Positions 27,749-36,864 of a DNA stretch of 64,000 bases are shown in pieces (within the stretch, counting starts at the first letter, position 1; each line of letters begins with the position of its first letter). Origin of the DNA: Myxococcota bacterium (GTDB taxonomy: Bacteria; Myxococcota_A; UBA9160; UBA4427); assembly GCA_965250285.1 (NCBI GenBank), contig OZ252299.1:4480001-4544000 (forward strand), given 5' to 3'. The position numbers were made by a program, and so were the translations under genes. A model generated the notes under the pieces. It was not told where the DNA came from, ran no database searches, and saw only the letters and a list, made by a program, of their open reading frames with translations.

Positions 27749-28888
27749 ATGTCTGCAGGATCTCGAAGCACATCCACATCGCCCGGTTCGCGATCGATCG
27801 ACGGCATCCTGCCGGCGCAGGGCATTCGGCAGCTCATCGATGAGGGCGCGGTCGGGCTGAGCGCCCCCATGAGCGATCGGCAGCTTCAGCCAGCCAGCCT
27901 CGACCTGCGTCTCGGCAGGAAGGCCTACCGATTGCGAGCCAGCTTCTTGCCGGGCCCGGGCCGCCCCGTCGAAGACCGGATCAAGCAGCTCGCCCTGCAT
28001 GACATCGACCTCGCCGAAGGAGCCGTTCTCGAGACGGGCTGCGTATACCTCGTGCCGCTCCTCGAGTCTCTCGATCTGCCAGGCGACACCTCTGCTGCGA
28101 CGAACCCGAAGAGCTCGACCGGACGCCTCGACGTCTTCACCCGCGTGATCGCAAGCGGCGCCAACGCATTCGATCAGATCCCAGCGGGCTATCGGGGCCC
28201 ACTCTTTGCCGAGATCTGCCCCCAGACCTTCCCGATCGTCGTGCGTACGGGTTCGACGCTGAGCCAGATTCGATTTCGCGTCGGCTCGCCGGCCGAGACG
28301 GACGAAGGCCTGCGCAGCCTCCATGCCAGCGATGTGCTGGTCTCCGGAGCGACGCCGGCCGACATCCAGGATGGCATCGCCCTCTCGGTCGACCTGTCCC
28401 CGACGCTGGCTGAAGACTCGGGAGGGCTCGTCGGCTACCGCGCCAAACGAAACACCGGCCTGGTCGACGTCGACGCACCGTCCTCGTGCGCCATCGCGGA
28501 CTACTGGGAACCGATCCAGCTGGATGCCTCCCAGAGCTTCGTGCTCGATCCCGACCAGTTCTACATCCTCGCTTCGAAAGAGGCCGTCCACGTCCCACCC
28601 ACGCATGCGGCAGAGATGGTGCCGTTCAACCCGCTCGTCGGAGAGTTTCGAGTGCACTACGCCGGATTCATGGATCCAGGCTTCGGTCACGCTCCGGCCG
28701 GCGGCGGCGGGGCGCGCGTCGTGCTGGAAGTTCGTAGCCACAAGGTGCCCTTCATCCTCGAAGACGGGCAGATCGTCGGTCGGTTGATCTACGAGCGCAT
28801 GGCTTCGACGCCCGAACGACTCTACGGAAGCGACCTCGGCAGCCACTACCAGGCCCAGGGCCTCAAGCTGTCGAAGCACTTCGTCTGA
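27749..28888 (+). CDS. dcd: 2'-deoxycytidine 5'-triphosphate deaminase, long two-domain type
   Basis: QPASLDLRLG, NPKSSTGRLDVFTR, GEFRVHYAGFMDPGFG, YQAQGLKLSKHF. Confidence 0.9.
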   Translation: MSAGSRSTSTSPGSRSIDGILPAQGIRQLIDEGAVGLSAPMSDRQLQPASLDLRLGRKAYRLRASFLPGPGRPVEDRIKQLALHDIDLAEGAVLETGCVYLVPLLESLDLPGDTSAATNPKSSTGRLDVFTRVIASGANAFDQIPAGYRGPLFAEICPQTFPIVVRTGSTLSQIRFRVGSPAETDEGLRSLHASDVLVSGATPADIQDGIALSVDLSPTLAEDSGGLVGYRAKRNTGLVDVDAPSSCAIADYWEPIQLDASQSFVLDPDQFYILASKEAVHVPPTHAAEMVPFNPLVGEFRVHYAGFMDPGFGHAPAGGGGARVVLEVRSHKVPFILEDGQIVGRLIYERMASTPERLYGSDLGSHYQAQGLKLSKHFV

Positions 28889-28969
28889 TCTACGGATGGC
28901 GGGCGAGCGGAAGACGAGGGGGATGGATCAGAGATCGCTCGCCCCTACGCTCCTCTGCGTCGGCGATGA

Positions 28970-29098
28970 TCCGCGCACCGCGCAAGCCAGGGCGGCGCGA
29001 CGCGCGCCGACTACACGTTCGCCTACCACAAGCTCGACGAGAAGGTGCTCATCTCACTGCATCACTCTTCGCTGACGTGGATCCCGCCGGCGAGCTGA
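28970..29098 (+). pseudogene. 3' remnant of an iota-carbonic anhydrase/CaMKII-association-domain (HHSS) protein
   Basis: Translates to ...TRADYTFAYHKLDEKVLISLHHSSLTWIPPAS*. In-frame TGA at 28967-28969 and no start codon. Confidence 0.6.
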
Positions 29099-29184
29099 GT
29101 CGAGCCCGGGCCATCGTTCGAGTCAGAGCACGGGCCGCTCGAGCGCGCCGGTGGACGTCTGGCCCAGCGACGCGCCCTCGCCCC

Positions 29185-29808
29185 TCACGCCGCACGCTCG
29201 AGCCGCTGCGCAATGAACCGCTCGGCCCGCGCATCGGCTTCGGCGTACGCTGCGGCGACGGCCTCTTCGCCGCCGCGCATCAGCCCGGCCGCCGCGATGA
29301 CCTCGACATCGTGCAAGCCGAGGAACCCGAGCATGTGTCGCAGCCAGGGTGTGGCGAAGTCGACCTCGCCCTCGATCTCGGTGCCGCCACTGGTCACGAT
29401 GAGAAAGACCTTGCGATCGGCGAGCAGACCTTCGGGGCCGTCGGGCGTGTAGTGGAACGTGCGGCGCACGCGCGCAACCGCATCGACCCAGGCCTTCAGC
29501 GTCGACGGCACCCCGAAGTTGTAGATCGGCGTCGAGACGACCAGCACGTCGGTCGCCTCCAGTTCTTGCACCAGGGCGTCCGACTCACCGAGCCGCTCGC
29601 GCATGGCTTCGGTGCGCTCGGACTCGGGGGTGTTGGTCGCCGCGGCGAAGGCCGCGTCGACGGGTGCGATCGCCTGCGACACGTCGCGCGTGACGACCTC
29701 GACCTGCGGCAGCCCCGCAGCGAGCCTTTCGACCAGGCGGGACGCGAGCCCGCGGCTGACCGAGTCACCCGCGTCGTGGGCGCTTGCTCCGACGTTCAGA
29801 ATCCGCAT
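29185..29808 (-). CDS. azoR: FMN-dependent NADH-azoreductase
   Basis: STPIYNFGVPSTLKAWVD, TFHYTPDGPEGL, TSGG. Confidence 0.9.
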   Translation of the reverse strand: MRILNVGASAHDAGDSVSRGLASRLVERLAAGLPQVEVVTRDVSQAIAPVDAAFAAATNTPESERTEAMRERLGESDALVQELEATDVLVVSTPIYNFGVPSTLKAWVDAVARVRRTFHYTPDGPEGLLADRKVFLIVTSGGTEIEGEVDFATPWLRHMLGFLGLHDVEVIAAAGLMRGGEEAVAAAYAEADARAERFIAQRLERAA

Positions 29809-29936
29809 GGGTTCTCCTCTCTCTTTCTCTCTCTATTTCTGTGCGCTGCTGGTTTCGTCTGCGCTGGGCGCTCGGCGTGCGCGGTCCGAGATCGGCGCCT
29901 CAGAAGGGACTCTACGGACGCTCGGTATCTGACGTA

Positions 29937-29977
29937 ATAGAGACTCTATGGGTATCTCTATCCCGATCTTCGGGATA
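29937..29977. promoter_or_regulatory. Probable LysR operator inverted repeats between azoR and lysR
   Basis: ATAGAG-A-CTCTAT (29937-29949) and TATCCCGA-TCT-TCGGGATA (29959-29977). Confidence 0.6.
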
Positions 29978-30006
29978 ATCTTCCGTCAGGCTGAATCGAG
30001 GGCGTC

Positions 30007-30936
30007 GTGGCGGATCGACTGACAGACATGCGGGCCTTCGCGCGCGTGGCGCGTCTCGCCAGCTTCGCCCGCGCGGCGGCCGAGCTGCGGATGTCGCCGA
30101 CCGCCGTCAGCCGGCGCGTGAACGCCCTCGAAGAAGGGCTCGGCGTGCGCCTGCTCGAGCGCACCACTCGCCGGCTGCGCCTCACCGCCGAGGGCGAGGC
30201 GTATCTCGAGCGCAGCGAACGCATCCTCGAGGAGATCGAAGACCTCGAAGCCTCGGTGGCCCTCGAGCAGGCGTCGCCCCGCGGTCGGCTTCGGGTAGCC
30301 GCCGGCGTCTCGTTCGCGCTCGAGCAGCTGCTCCCCCTGCTGCCCGAGTTTCTCGGCCAGCATCCCGACCTCTCGGTCGACCTCGAGATGTCGGATCGCT
30401 ACGTCGACCTCGTGGCCGACGGCATCGATGTCGCGATCCGAATCGGACGACTCCCCGACTCGAGCCTCATCGCCCGCCGACTGGCCGTCTCGCGGCTCGT
30501 GCTCTGCGCCTCGGCCGAGTACGCGGCGCGCGCGGCATTGCCCGATGTGCCCGCCGGGCTGGCGGGACATCAGTTCGTGATCGATCGCAACGGCCCGCGC
30601 GCCTTCGAGCTGCATGGACCGGATGGAGAGGAGCGGTTCACGCCCGAAGGACGGCTCTACGTCAACGACGCGCACGCCACGCGCGATGCCCTGCGAATGG
30701 GCCTCGGCATCGGGCAGCTGCCGACGTTCGTCGCCGGACCCGACTTGGCCGCAGGACGGCTCGTCCCCGTCTTGCCGCGGTACCGAATGCCCGTCGCGAC
30801 GGTCAGCGCCGTGTACCCGCCGAGCCGACAGCTCTCGACCAAGGTCAGGGTGTGGATCGACCACCTGGTCGCGTGTTTCGGCGATCCGCCGAGCTGGGAT
30901 GCGGGCCTGCCAGAGGGCGACCCGCTGTCGCCCTAG
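30007..30936 (+). CDS. LysR family transcriptional regulator (CrgA/DmlR-like)
   Basis: SFARAAAEL..S..AVSRRV..LE..LGVRLLERTTR, DLVADGIDVAIRIG. Confidence 0.93.
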   Translation: MADRLTDMRAFARVARLASFARAAAELRMSPTAVSRRVNALEEGLGVRLLERTTRRLRLTAEGEAYLERSERILEEIEDLEASVALEQASPRGRLRVAAGVSFALEQLLPLLPEFLGQHPDLSVDLEMSDRYVDLVADGIDVAIRIGRLPDSSLIARRLAVSRLVLCASAEYAARAALPDVPAGLAGHQFVIDRNGPRAFELHGPDGEERFTPEGRLYVNDAHATRDALRMGLGIGQLPTFVAGPDLAAGRLVPVLPRYRMPVATVSAVYPPSRQLSTKVRVWIDHLVACFGDPPSWDAGLPEGDPLSP

Positions 30937-31009
30937 TGCGCACGCGAGCTCCGGGCCCGGGCACCACACCGAGCCACGACACCGGAGCGGATCCCTCGTG
31001 CGCCTTGGC

Positions 31010-32269
31010 TCAGCGGGCGGGCAACAGATCGAAGCGCGCCTGGCGCCGCAGCGCCGCGGTCGACGACAGCGTGGGCCAGAGAAGCCGTCGCATCGCCTGA
31101 TCGGTGCGCAGCGCGGCACGGGGGAGCCTGCGCCAGAGCGGCCGTGCATCGAGCTGCGTCATCACCAGCTCGAAGACCGCCTCCTTCGCGGCACCGAGAG
31201 CAGGGCCCGCGAATGCGCGATCCCCGATGACCATGAAGCAGCTGAGATCGCCGAACGAGATCAGCGTCGGCTTGCCCGAAGGCTTGAACCGCACGAGCCG
31301 CCTTCGCTCGATGAAGCGCGCCGCATTGCGCGCGGCACAGACGCCCATGTCGAGCGCGTGGTAGCCCTGCTTCGAGATCGGATCGGGCAGATCGGCCGCA
31401 TCCCCGGCAATGAAGATCTCGGGGTGATCGAGATGCTGCAGGGTGCGCTTCACGGGCACCCATTCACGCGGCGGCGCCAGCGCGGCCTCCGCCAGCAAGG
31501 CCGGGGGCGCGGGCCCGCCGGTCCAGATCGTCAGGTCGGATTCGATTCGGCGCCCGCCTGCGAGCACGACGGCGTCTTCGTCGATGCGCTCGACCGGTGA
31601 ACCGAGACAGAACTCGACACCGAACGCCGACGCGAGCCCGCGAATGTGCGCGTCGAGCGAAGCCGGGGCCTCAGGCAGCAGTCGGGGCTGTGCCTCGACG
31701 AGATGCACACGAAGCGAATGCTGACGATGGGCGCGCAGAATCTCACCGAGCGCCTCGATCCCTTCGAGGCCGCCTCCGACGATCACGACGTCGCTCGCCG
31801 CCCGCTGACGGCTGAGCTTCGATAGCCGACGACCGATCCTTGCGCAGTCGTCGACCGACTTGAAGGGCAGCGCATGCTCGACGACACCCGGCACGCCTCG
31901 GGTCGCGTCGACCCCGCCTATGCCGACGATGAGCGCGTCGTAGTCGAGCGGCCGCTTGCGGCGCGCGAGCGACACGGCGTGGCCCTTCGCATCGATCGCC
32001 GTCACCGTGTCACGTACGAAGCGGTGCCCCGCGCGCTCGAGGATCTCGGCCAGCGGCAGGCGCAGCAGCTCGGGCGTCTTCACGCCCGAGAGCAGCTCGT
32101 GGATGTTGGGAAGGAACTCGAAGGCGCGCCGACGATCGACGAGCGTGACGTCGAAGCGATCGGCGTCGAGCTCGGTGGCAGCCGCGAGGCCCGCGAAGCC
32201 GCCGCCGAGAATCAGCACGCGGGGCTTCGCCTCGGCACGGCCCCTTCGGTTCGTATTCGAGGCGCCCAT
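31010..32269 (-). CDS. NAD(P)/FAD-dependent oxidoreductase (NDH-2-like)
   Basis: ILGGGFAG, YDALIVGIG, IVGGGLEGIE, IFIAGDAA. Confidence 0.85.
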   Translation of the reverse strand: MGASNTNRRGRAEAKPRVLILGGGFAGLAAATELDADRFDVTLVDRRRAFEFLPNIHELLSGVKTPELLRLPLAEILERAGHRFVRDTVTAIDAKGHAVSLARRKRPLDYDALIVGIGGVDATRGVPGVVEHALPFKSVDDCARIGRRLSKLSRQRAASDVVIVGGGLEGIEALGEILRAHRQHSLRVHLVEAQPRLLPEAPASLDAHIRGLASAFGVEFCLGSPVERIDEDAVVLAGGRRIESDLTIWTGGPAPPALLAEAALAPPREWVPVKRTLQHLDHPEIFIAGDAADLPDPISKQGYHALDMGVCAARNAARFIERRRLVRFKPSGKPTLISFGDLSCFMVIGDRAFAGPALGAAKEAVFELVMTQLDARPLWRRLPRAALRTDQAMRRLLWPTLSSTAALRRQARFDLLPAR

Positions 32270-32412
32270 CCTTCGCGTCTTCCTTCTTCCTTACTTCCTG
32301 CTTTCGCTACTTCATTGCTTCTCGACTCGACGCGGTGTTCGAAGCGTCGCGTCACAGCGCGCGTGCTCGAGGTCGTAGCGACTGGGCTTCGATGTCGAAC
32401 CGATCGCGCCCG

Positions 32413-33069
32413 TCACCGCGACGAGGCCGAACGCCGATGGCCCCGCTCGGGTCGCGTCGGCCGCGCTCGCACGAGGATCTTGGCCGGCCGGTCCCACACA
32501 CGCGCCGCGGTGAGCCGCTCGAGTGTCGCGTACCCGCCCCCCGCCCCCCACGCGCGCAGCGCGCCGCGCACCTCGGCCGCATGGAGTAGAAGCGGAACTC
32601 CGATGCCCCACACCACCACCAGCGCGAGCAGGGTCTCGAGCTGCGTCAGGTCGAAGGTCGCCACGCCGAGCCGTCGGCCAGCGAGATACGAGCCGAGACC
32701 GCCGACCACGCCGAGCAGCGCCGACCACGCGACGCGTCCGCGCAGCCAGCTGAGCGACACGTTCACGGTCGTCGCGAAGACCATCCAGAGCGCCACGATC
32801 CACGCCGGACCGAGCCAAGCGTCCGGCCCCAGGCCGGCATAGCCGATGCCCCCGATCCGAATCAGGACAAGATCGGCCGCGATCCCGAAGGCCCCTGCTG
32901 CGAGCACGACGCCCCCCTCGAGGGCCGGCGCTGCGTGCTGCGCGAGGTGCCAAGAGAGCCAGGCAACGGCGACGATCGGGCCGAGCCAAGCCTGACCCCA
33001 CAGGGCGCCGAACACACAGGCGCACCAGACGCCGTTCAGGCCGAGCTGGTAGATGAGCAGGCGGATCAT
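32413..33069 (-). CDS. DUF2878 family membrane protein
   Basis: PAWIVALWMVFATTVNVSLSWL...GGLGSYLAGRRLG. Apparently leaderless. Confidence 0.8.
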   Translation of the reverse strand: MIRLLIYQLGLNGVWCACVFGALWGQAWLGPIVAVAWLSWHLAQHAAPALEGGVVLAAGAFGIAADLVLIRIGGIGYAGLGPDAWLGPAWIVALWMVFATTVNVSLSWLRGRVAWSALLGVVGGLGSYLAGRRLGVATFDLTQLETLLALVVVWGIGVPLLLHAAEVRGALRAWGAGGGYATLERLTAARVWDRPAKILVRARPTRPERGHRRSASSR

Positions 33070-33077
33070 GGGGCGAG

Positions 33078-33105
33078 ATTCGAGGCCCCACCTCGAACGG
33101 ATGCG
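33078..33105 (-). promoter_or_regulatory. Putative SigK-like ECF promoter for DUF2878
   Basis: CGCATCC-N16-CGAAT-N8-ATG on the minus strand. Confidence 0.65.
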
Positions 33106-33250
33106 GCGAAGAGCGATTTCTAGACGCGCTGCGCCGCGCCCCAGCGGCCTTCCCGATCTGGACGGCCCGCGTCCGGGCGGTGCGGCCTTCTCTTGTTCTG
33201 CGTGCCACCCGCGCTGCAGCCAGGCGTGGCGGCACGTTCTCGGGATCGGC

Positions 33251-33278
33251 TGCATCCAGGCATCGAGGCGCTGCGAAT
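33251..33278 (+). promoter_or_regulatory. Putative SigK-like ECF promoter for the chalcone-isomerase/sigma operon
   Basis: TGCATCC-N16-CGAAT. Confidence 0.65.
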
Positions 33279-33318
33279 CACTTGTCGAAACCAGTCCCGA
33301 ACCGAGGAGCCTCCGCCC

Positions 33319-33915
33319 ATGCCCCGCGAGATTCGACACCACATGATGCCGCTCGTCCTGATGGCCCTGCTGCTGGCCGGCCCGGCCGCCGCCGCCGTCG
33401 AGTCGGGCGTCGAATTCGACGAGGTCGCGCGCGTCGATACGCCGCGCGACGAGCCCATCGAGCTGCCGCTCTGCTCGACGGGTCTGCTTCGCTACAAGCG
33501 GATCTTCCGCGGCTACGCCGCCGCGCTCTATCGCGCGCAGTGCGACGTCGCCGAGCCCGATCTCGCCGCCGCGCCCCTGCGGCTCGAACTGTCGTACTTC
33601 TGGTCGATCGGCGGCCATCGCTTCGGCGAGGCTGCCGAGCGGATGCTGCGAAAGAACCTCGATCCGGCCGAGTTCGCCGAGATCGAGGTGCGCATGCGCC
33701 GGCTCCACGCCGCGTACCAATCGGTCTCGCCCGGTGATCGCTACGCGCTCACGTACAAGCCGGGCATCGGCACCGAGCTCTCGCTCAATGGCGAGACGCT
33801 CGTCAACGTCGAAGGCGAAGACTTCGCGCGCGCCTACCTCGGCCTCTGGCTCGGCGACGCGCCCATGGATCAGAAGCTTCGCAACGCGCTGCTCGCGCGA
33901 GACGAGAGGAGATGA
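33319..33915 (+). CDS. Chalcone isomerase-like family secreted protein
   Basis: GAGGAG RBS, signal peptide, GLLRYKRIF..YAAALY, PGDRY, FARAYLGLWLG..P. Confidence 0.8.
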   Translation: MPREIRHHMMPLVLMALLLAGPAAAAVESGVEFDEVARVDTPRDEPIELPLCSTGLLRYKRIFRGYAAALYRAQCDVAEPDLAAAPLRLELSYFWSIGGHRFGEAAERMLRKNLDPAEFAEIEVRMRRLHAAYQSVSPGDRYALTYKPGIGTELSLNGETLVNVEGEDFARAYLGLWLGDAPMDQKLRNALLARDERR

Positions 33916-33984
33916 TCTGGTGCATCGCTCCACCGCCACCTACCTTCCGCCAGCGGTCGTTTGGACCGGCCGCATCGGGGGCCC

Positions 33985-34530
33985 GTGGCCGAGTCGCTCT
34001 TCCATCGTATCGCCGCCGGTGACGAGGTCGCCGTGAAGGAGTGCGTCGACGTCCATGGCGGACGCGTCTGGGCGCTCGCCCGGCGCTTCTCGTCGGATCG
34101 CGCCGACGCCGAAGACGCGGTGCAGGAGATCTTCATCTCTCTGTGGAAGAGCGCGCATCGCTACGATCCCGCCAAGGCGAGTGAAGCCGCGTTCGTCGCG
34201 ACGATCGCCCGGCGGCGCATGATCGATCGCCTGCGTGCCCGCGGAGGTCGGGCGCAGACCGTGCCGATCGACGAGCGGGAAGTGGCGAGTCACAACACCG
34301 CGGGTCAGGTCGAGGCCGCGGTCGACCTCGCGCGCGTGCGCGACGTCATCGAAACGCTCGAGCCCGAGCCCCGTCGCGTGGTCGAGCTCGCCGTGCTGCA
34401 GGGCTACTCGCATGGCCAGGTGGCCGAGGCGACCGGCATCGCCCTCGGCACGGTCAAGAGCCACGTGCGGCGCAGCCTGGTGAAGGTGCGAGACGCTTTG
34501 CGGCCGCAGGGCGGGGAGGCGCGACGATGA
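33985..34530 (+). CDS. ECF RNA polymerase sigma factor (SigK-like)
   Basis: DAEDAVQEIFISLWK..RYDP, IARRRMIDRLR, GYSH..VA...GIALGTVKSHVRR. Confidence 0.9.
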   Translation: MAESLFHRIAAGDEVAVKECVDVHGGRVWALARRFSSDRADAEDAVQEIFISLWKSAHRYDPAKASEAAFVATIARRRMIDRLRARGGRAQTVPIDEREVASHNTAGQVEAAVDLARVRDVIETLEPEPRRVVELAVLQGYSHGQVAEATGIALGTVKSHVRRSLVKVRDALRPQGGEARR

Positions 34531-35306
34531 GCGAAGACCGACTGCTCGAGCTACTCGCACATCGCGCGACCGAAGGCCTCGGTCCGAGCGAGACCGTCGA
34601 GCTCGACCGTCTCCTGGCGGAGCACCCCGACGTCGACGAGTGGGATCTCGACCACGCCGCCGGCGCGATCGACCTGACCCTCTCGACCGAGCCCGACGAA
34701 GCGCTCCCCGACGCACTGCGCACCCGCATCCTCGCCGACGCGCCGCCGGTGCTCGCGGCGACCCGGGCCGAGCAACCGACCTCACTCGCGACCGAACGCG
34801 CGCGGCGCAGCCGCTTGTCGACCGTGAGCATGGCCGTGGGCTGGGCGGCGGCCGCGGTGCTGGCCGGCCTGCTGCTGATGCCGGCGCAGACGCCTGCGCC
34901 GACGGGCGACGCATCGGCCATGCTGCGCGCCGAGCTGCTCGCCGCCGATGCGCTGCAGATCCCGTGGACAGCCACCGGCGATGCCGCCGGCCCCGAGGCC
35001 TCGGGCGACGTGGTGTGGAGCAACGAGCGACAGTCGGGTGTCATGCGCTTCAGCGGCCTCGCCGTCAACGACCCCAACGTCGCTCAGTATCAGCTGTGGA
35101 TCTTCGACGCAGCCCAGGACGAGCGTTACCCGATCGACGGCGGCGTCTTCGACGTGGTCGAAGAGGGCGGGGACGTCCTCGTTCGCATCGATCCGAAGCT
35201 CGCCGTCGTGTCGCCGACGCTCTTCGCCGTGACGGTCGAGAAGCCGGGAGGCGTGGTCGTCTCGAGTCGAGAGCGCATCGCCGTCGTCGCATCGGTCGAG
35301 AGCTGA
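34527..35306 (+). CDS. Anti-sigma factor (RskA-like)
   Basis: One TM helix, GDVVWS..Q.G, QYQLWIFD, FAVTVEKPGGVVVS. Coupled to the sigma gene. Confidence 0.85.
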   Translation: MSEDRLLELLAHRATEGLGPSETVELDRLLAEHPDVDEWDLDHAAGAIDLTLSTEPDEALPDALRTRILADAPPVLAATRAEQPTSLATERARRSRLSTVSMAVGWAAAAVLAGLLLMPAQTPAPTGDASAMLRAELLAADALQIPWTATGDAAGPEASGDVVWSNERQSGVMRFSGLAVNDPNVAQYQLWIFDAAQDERYPIDGGVFDVVEEGGDVLVRIDPKLAVVSPTLFAVTVEKPGGVVVSSRERIAVVASVES

Positions 35307-35335
35307 TCCGGCTCGTCGACTTTCTCGGCCCGCCC

Positions 35336-35363
35336 TGCATCCATGCGCCGCCGAGCCGCGAAC
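35336..35363 (+). promoter_or_regulatory. Putative SigK-like ECF promoter for lipocalin (leaderless)
   Basis: TGCATCC-N16-CGAAC-N8-ATG. Confidence 0.65.
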
Positions 35364-35371
35364 CTCTCCGC

Positions 35372-35953
35372 ATGAACCTGACGAACCGACGCTTCGGCCG
35401 AACCGGCATCCTTTCGATCCTGCTCCTGGCTGCATCGCTTGGCGGCTGCGCCTCGAGCCCGCCGCCGCTCGAGGCCCTCGACCGCAAGATCGAGGTCGAG
35501 CGCTTCATGGGCGACTGGTACGTCGTGGCGTTCATCCCCATCGACCTCTTCTTCTTCAGCGAGGCCGACGCACACGATGCGGTCGAGCGCTACGAGCTCG
35601 ACGACGAGGGCGGCATCGACATCACGTACACCTTTCGCGACGGCAGCTTCGACGCCGAGCCGAGGGTCGTGACCCAGGATGGGCGCATCTACGACGAGGA
35701 GCTCGGCACCGAGTGGCGAGTGCGCCCGTTCTGGCCCTTCTGGTCGGCCTATCTGATCGCGTGGCTCGATGACGACTACGAGCGCGCGATCGTGGGCGTG
35801 CCTTCTCGCTCGAACGTGTGGGTGCTCTCGCGCACGCCCCACCTCGACGAGATCGAGCTCGAGGCGCTGACCGAGCGCGTCGGCGAGCTCGGCTACGACC
35901 CCGCCGCGCTGCGTCGCGTGCCCCACCGGCGCGCCGAAGCGCCTGGCGAGTGA
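35372..35953 (+). CDS. Lipocalin (Blc-like lipoprotein)
   Basis: Lipobox LGGC, RFMGDWYVVA, WPF.SAY, DDDYERAIVG, VWVLSRTP. Confidence 0.9.
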   Translation: MNLTNRRFGRTGILSILLLAASLGGCASSPPPLEALDRKIEVERFMGDWYVVAFIPIDLFFFSEADAHDAVERYELDDEGGIDITYTFRDGSFDAEPRVVTQDGRIYDEELGTEWRVRPFWPFWSAYLIAWLDDDYERAIVGVPSRSNVWVLSRTPHLDEIELEALTERVGELGYDPAALRRVPHRRAEAPGE

Positions 35954-36864
35954 CCGTGACGGCCTCTCGTCGGATCGCGATGGCCCGGCGCGCCTCGGCG
36001 CGATCCGCAGATCGGTCTTGGGTCGCGGCCGCGGTGCTCTCGATCCTGATCTGCACCGTGGCCTCGGTCGGCCACGCGGGCCCGGCCGATCTCAACGATC
36101 TCGCCAATCTCAACGATCTCACCAAAGGCGATCGCGCGTGGGCGGCGCGGGCCGAGATGCTCGATGGCGACCGTGCAGATCCGACCCGCATCGAAGAGGC
36201 CATCGTGCACTACCGCGCCGCCGCCGAGGCCGAGCCCGACTCGCTCGAAGCGCGCTGGAAGCTGCTGCGGGCCCTGCACTACGCCATCGACTTCACCACG
36301 CTCTCCGAAGACGACCAGGAAGCGCGGGTCGGCGAAGCCGTCGAAGTCGTGCGCGCATCCGACGCACTCACCGCCAGCGACCGGCCGGCCGCGTCCGCCG
36401 ACGTGGCCCGGCTGCTCTTCTGGAGCTCGATCGCATGGGGCACGCGTGCGCAGCGCGTGGGTCTGCTCACCATCGTGAGGGAAGGCGTGGCCAAGCGCAT
36501 GTACGTCAATGCGGAGCGGTCGCTCGAACTCGATCCGAGCGTCGATCAGGGCGGCGCGCTGCGCCTGCTCTCGCGCCTGCACTCTGCGTTGCCGCGCGTA
36601 CCCTTCGTATCGGGTTGGGTCGACCGCGACCAGGCGCTGCCGCTCGCCGAGCAAGGCTATGCGCTCGACCCCGATCATCCAGGCAATCGACTGGTTCTGG
36701 CGCTGACACTCCTCGAACGCGAGCCCGAGCGCGCCGAAGAGGCGCGCATGCTCCTGCAGACCGTCGCCTCGACCGAGCCGCGCCCGAGTTGGCTCGTCGA
36801 GGATCTGCGCATTCGCGAGCAGGCGAGGGAACGACTCGCCGAGCTCGACGGGCCTGCGTCGTGA
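35950..36864 (+). CDS. Secreted TPR-like protein
   Basis: Signal peptide and helical TPR-like segments (ERSLELDP, GYALDPDHPGN). GTGA overlaps on both sides. Confidence 0.7.
   Translation: MTVTASRRIAMARRASARSADRSWVAAAVLSILICTVASVGHAGPADLNDLANLNDLTKGDRAWAARAEMLDGDRADPTRIEEAIVHYRAAAEAEPDSLEARWKLLRALHYAIDFTTLSEDDQEARVGEAVEVVRASDALTASDRPAASADVARLLFWSSIAWGTRAQRVGLLTIVREGVAKRMYVNAERSLELDPSVDQGGALRLLSRLHSALPRVPFVSGWVDRDQALPLAEQGYALDPDHPGNRLVLALTLLEREPERAEEARMLLQTVASTEPRPSWLVEDLRIREQARERLAELDGPAS

Noticed and set aside
24597..27779. 1060-aa and 873-aa ORFs suggesting thrS or map fusions
   Set aside because: The extensions are antisense shadows of the divergent partner. The real starts are 26588 and 26691.
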